From positions 20,216-84,215 of the forward strand of contig JAZLFZ010000076.1 in the NCBI GenBank assembly GCA_045616065.1: 64,000 bases of DNA, in the 5' to 3' direction. Below, in pieces: positions 62,808-64,000 of this stretch. The stretch comes from Bacteroidaceae bacterium. GTDB lineage: Bacteria; Bacteroidota; Bacteroidia; Bacteroidales; Bacteroidaceae. The position numbers and the translations under genes were made by a program. Every line of letters starts with the position of its first letter. Position 1 is the stretch's first letter. The notes under the pieces were generated by a model. It was not told where the DNA came from. It searched no databases and saw only the letters and a list, made by a program, of their open reading frames with translations.

Positions 62808-64000
62808 TTAGGGCAAAGGCTGCAGCCCTTCGTATATCACGTTCCAGCGTCCGTCCTTGGGGAAGCCGGGAAGGGGCGTGGTGCATCCGTCATAACCGGC
62901 ACACATGAGGGCCACAGCTGTCAGCAGTCCGCCGTTGCCAGGCAGGTAGCAGCGTAATCGGCTGTCCTGGTAGTTGTGTCCGTTGGGCAGGTAGGTGTTG
63001 GTGCGTACGTCCTTCAGCAAAGCTTCTATGGCCAGTTCGGGCTCGCCGCAGCGCACAGCCGTCATGCAGACGGTGGGAAAGTCCCATCCCCATGTCTTGT
63101 CCCAGTTCCAGTTCTTCATCACCCACTTCAGCGTGGCACGCATCGTTTGCTGGTTGTAGAGCGCCTGCCTGGGTGCGGCCGGACCTTCCGTTGGGGGTGT
63201 GGGCAGTACGCCGCAGGCACAGAGTACGGCTGGATGGTCGGAGAAGAGGCGTATGGCACCATTCAGTTCGCTGGCTTCGAAGGGACCATTGGCAGGCGAT
63301 GCATTCTGCTGCCCGGACGATTGTACCATGCGGAGCAGGGAGGGATAGCTTGGTGAGTCCTCACTGGCCGTATAGATGCCTTCCTTTGCAGTCAGTGGAG
63401 CCAGGTTGCGCAGTATCTCGTCCCATTGAGGATGGCGTGCCAGTCCCTGCCTTTCGCGCCATTGTTGGGCAATGGAGAGGGCAAAGTGCCAGTAGGCCAG
63501 TTCGAAGGGAGGGTTGATCGTGGTGGCTGCCTTCAGCGTCTCTTGTGCAGGGATGCTACCCTTGAGTATGTAATGCAGATTCAGGCTGTCGCGACTGACG
63601 TAGGATGCCATGAAGCGAGCCGTCTCGTCGACGAGCGGAGCCAGGTAGCGCGACCAGTCGTGGGTGTCAGAGGCTGCTGTGGAGTGGGGGATAGCTCCTT
63701 GGTAGTCAGTTCTTCGCAATAGTTCGGAAAGGTAGATGAGGTGGGGCTGTTGCCAGATGAGGAACGACCCCGTGTTGGAGGGAGCCTCTGCTGCTGACGG
63801 GTCTGTCATCTTCATCCAGCGGGCTCCGTCGAAGCCTTGCCGGCGGGCAATCTCGCGTGCCATGGGCAGAGCCCGGTGGTACCATGGCAATGTGCGGGCT
63901 AGCAGTTCCGGATGTCCCCAAAGGGCAAAGTGGGCTTGATGCCACCATGTCATCTCCAGGTGAAACTTGCCGAACCACGAATTATACGTCAGGCCCGTCT
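62808..64000 (-). CDS. Hypothetical protein, possibly an (alpha/alpha)6 glycoside-hydrolase-like enzyme; N-terminus lies beyond the right edge
   Basis: The reading frame stays open upstream of the ORF-track Met to the window end (...TGLTYNSWFGKFHLEMTWWHQAHFALWG...). The sequence is Trp/His-rich and helical-repeat-like. The function is not securely recognised. Confidence 0.55.
   Translation of the reverse strand, partial: TGLTYNSWFGKFHLEMTWWHQAHFALWGHPELLARTLPWYHRALPMAREIARRQGFDGARWMKMTDPSAAEAPSNTGSFLIWQQPHLIYLSELLRRTDYQGAIPHSTAASDTHDWSRYLAPLVDETARFMASYVSRDSLNLHYILKGSIPAQETLKAATTINPPFELAYWHFALSIAQQWRERQGLARHPQWDEILRNLAPLTAKEGIYTASEDSPSYPSLLRMVQSSGQQNASPANGPFEASELNGAIRLFSDHPAVLCACGVLPTPPTEGPAAPRQALYNQQTMRATLKWVMKNWNWDKTWGWDFPTVCMTAVRCGEPELAIEALLKDVRTNTYLPNGHNYQDSRLRCYLPGNGGLLTAVALMCAGYDGCTTPLPGFPKDGRWNVIYEGLQPLP

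Overview
This 64-kb chromosomal window reads as a Bacteroidota genome, most likely Prevotellaceae. That is an inference from TAnnTTTG -7 promoter boxes ahead of most operons, T9SS C-terminal sorting domains, many lipoprotein, OmpA and beta-barrel envelope genes, and a GDE-GT4-GH57 glycogen cluster. I support about 46 protein-coding genes, two of them truncated by the window edges. I saw no rRNA, tRNA, CRISPR array, integrase or IS transposase. Ordinary content includes housekeeping genes (carB, gap, miaA, mscL, an ABC-F ATPase, a DjlA-like J-protein, a P-type Ca-ATPase, an SDR) and glycan hydrolases (GH3 with PA14 insert, GH43, GH51). It also includes the glycogen cluster, a cluster matching the published Bacteroides L-galactose to hexuronate route (AKR, amidohydrolase lactonase, Zn-ADH, UxaB, UxaA, plus a divergent FGGY kinase), metal-handling genes and a T9SS-secreted endonuclease I. 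The most unusual feature is a tightly packed five-gene minus-strand envelope operon at 5057-13395. It encodes a collagen-like lipoprotein, an OmpA anchor, a protein ending in a canonical two-segment dockerin, a cohesin-like protein with a 244-aa tandem duplication and a T9SS tail, and a beta-barrel OMP. This layout does not match a cellulosome, PUL or type V pilus. The second notable feature is a dispersed non-coding repeat family at three loci (about 25.3-25.7, 43.8-44.0 and 53.4-54.2 kb). Its core is a 15-bp palindrome GTAACGCWGCGTTAC repeated at an exact 22-bp phase, accompanied by CTGAA(A/T)G-type phased repeats and nested hairpins. Other leads are a promoter-to-terminator unit of about 190 nt that may be an sRNA or leader peptide, a 29-codon lipoprotein ORF, a split kinase plus nucleotidyltransferase sugar-activation module carrying an extra cytidylyltransferase domain, and an Rpn-family nuclease gene with a 10-unit 12-nt coding repeat. 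Every family assignment comes from motifs read by eye. No database search was run.
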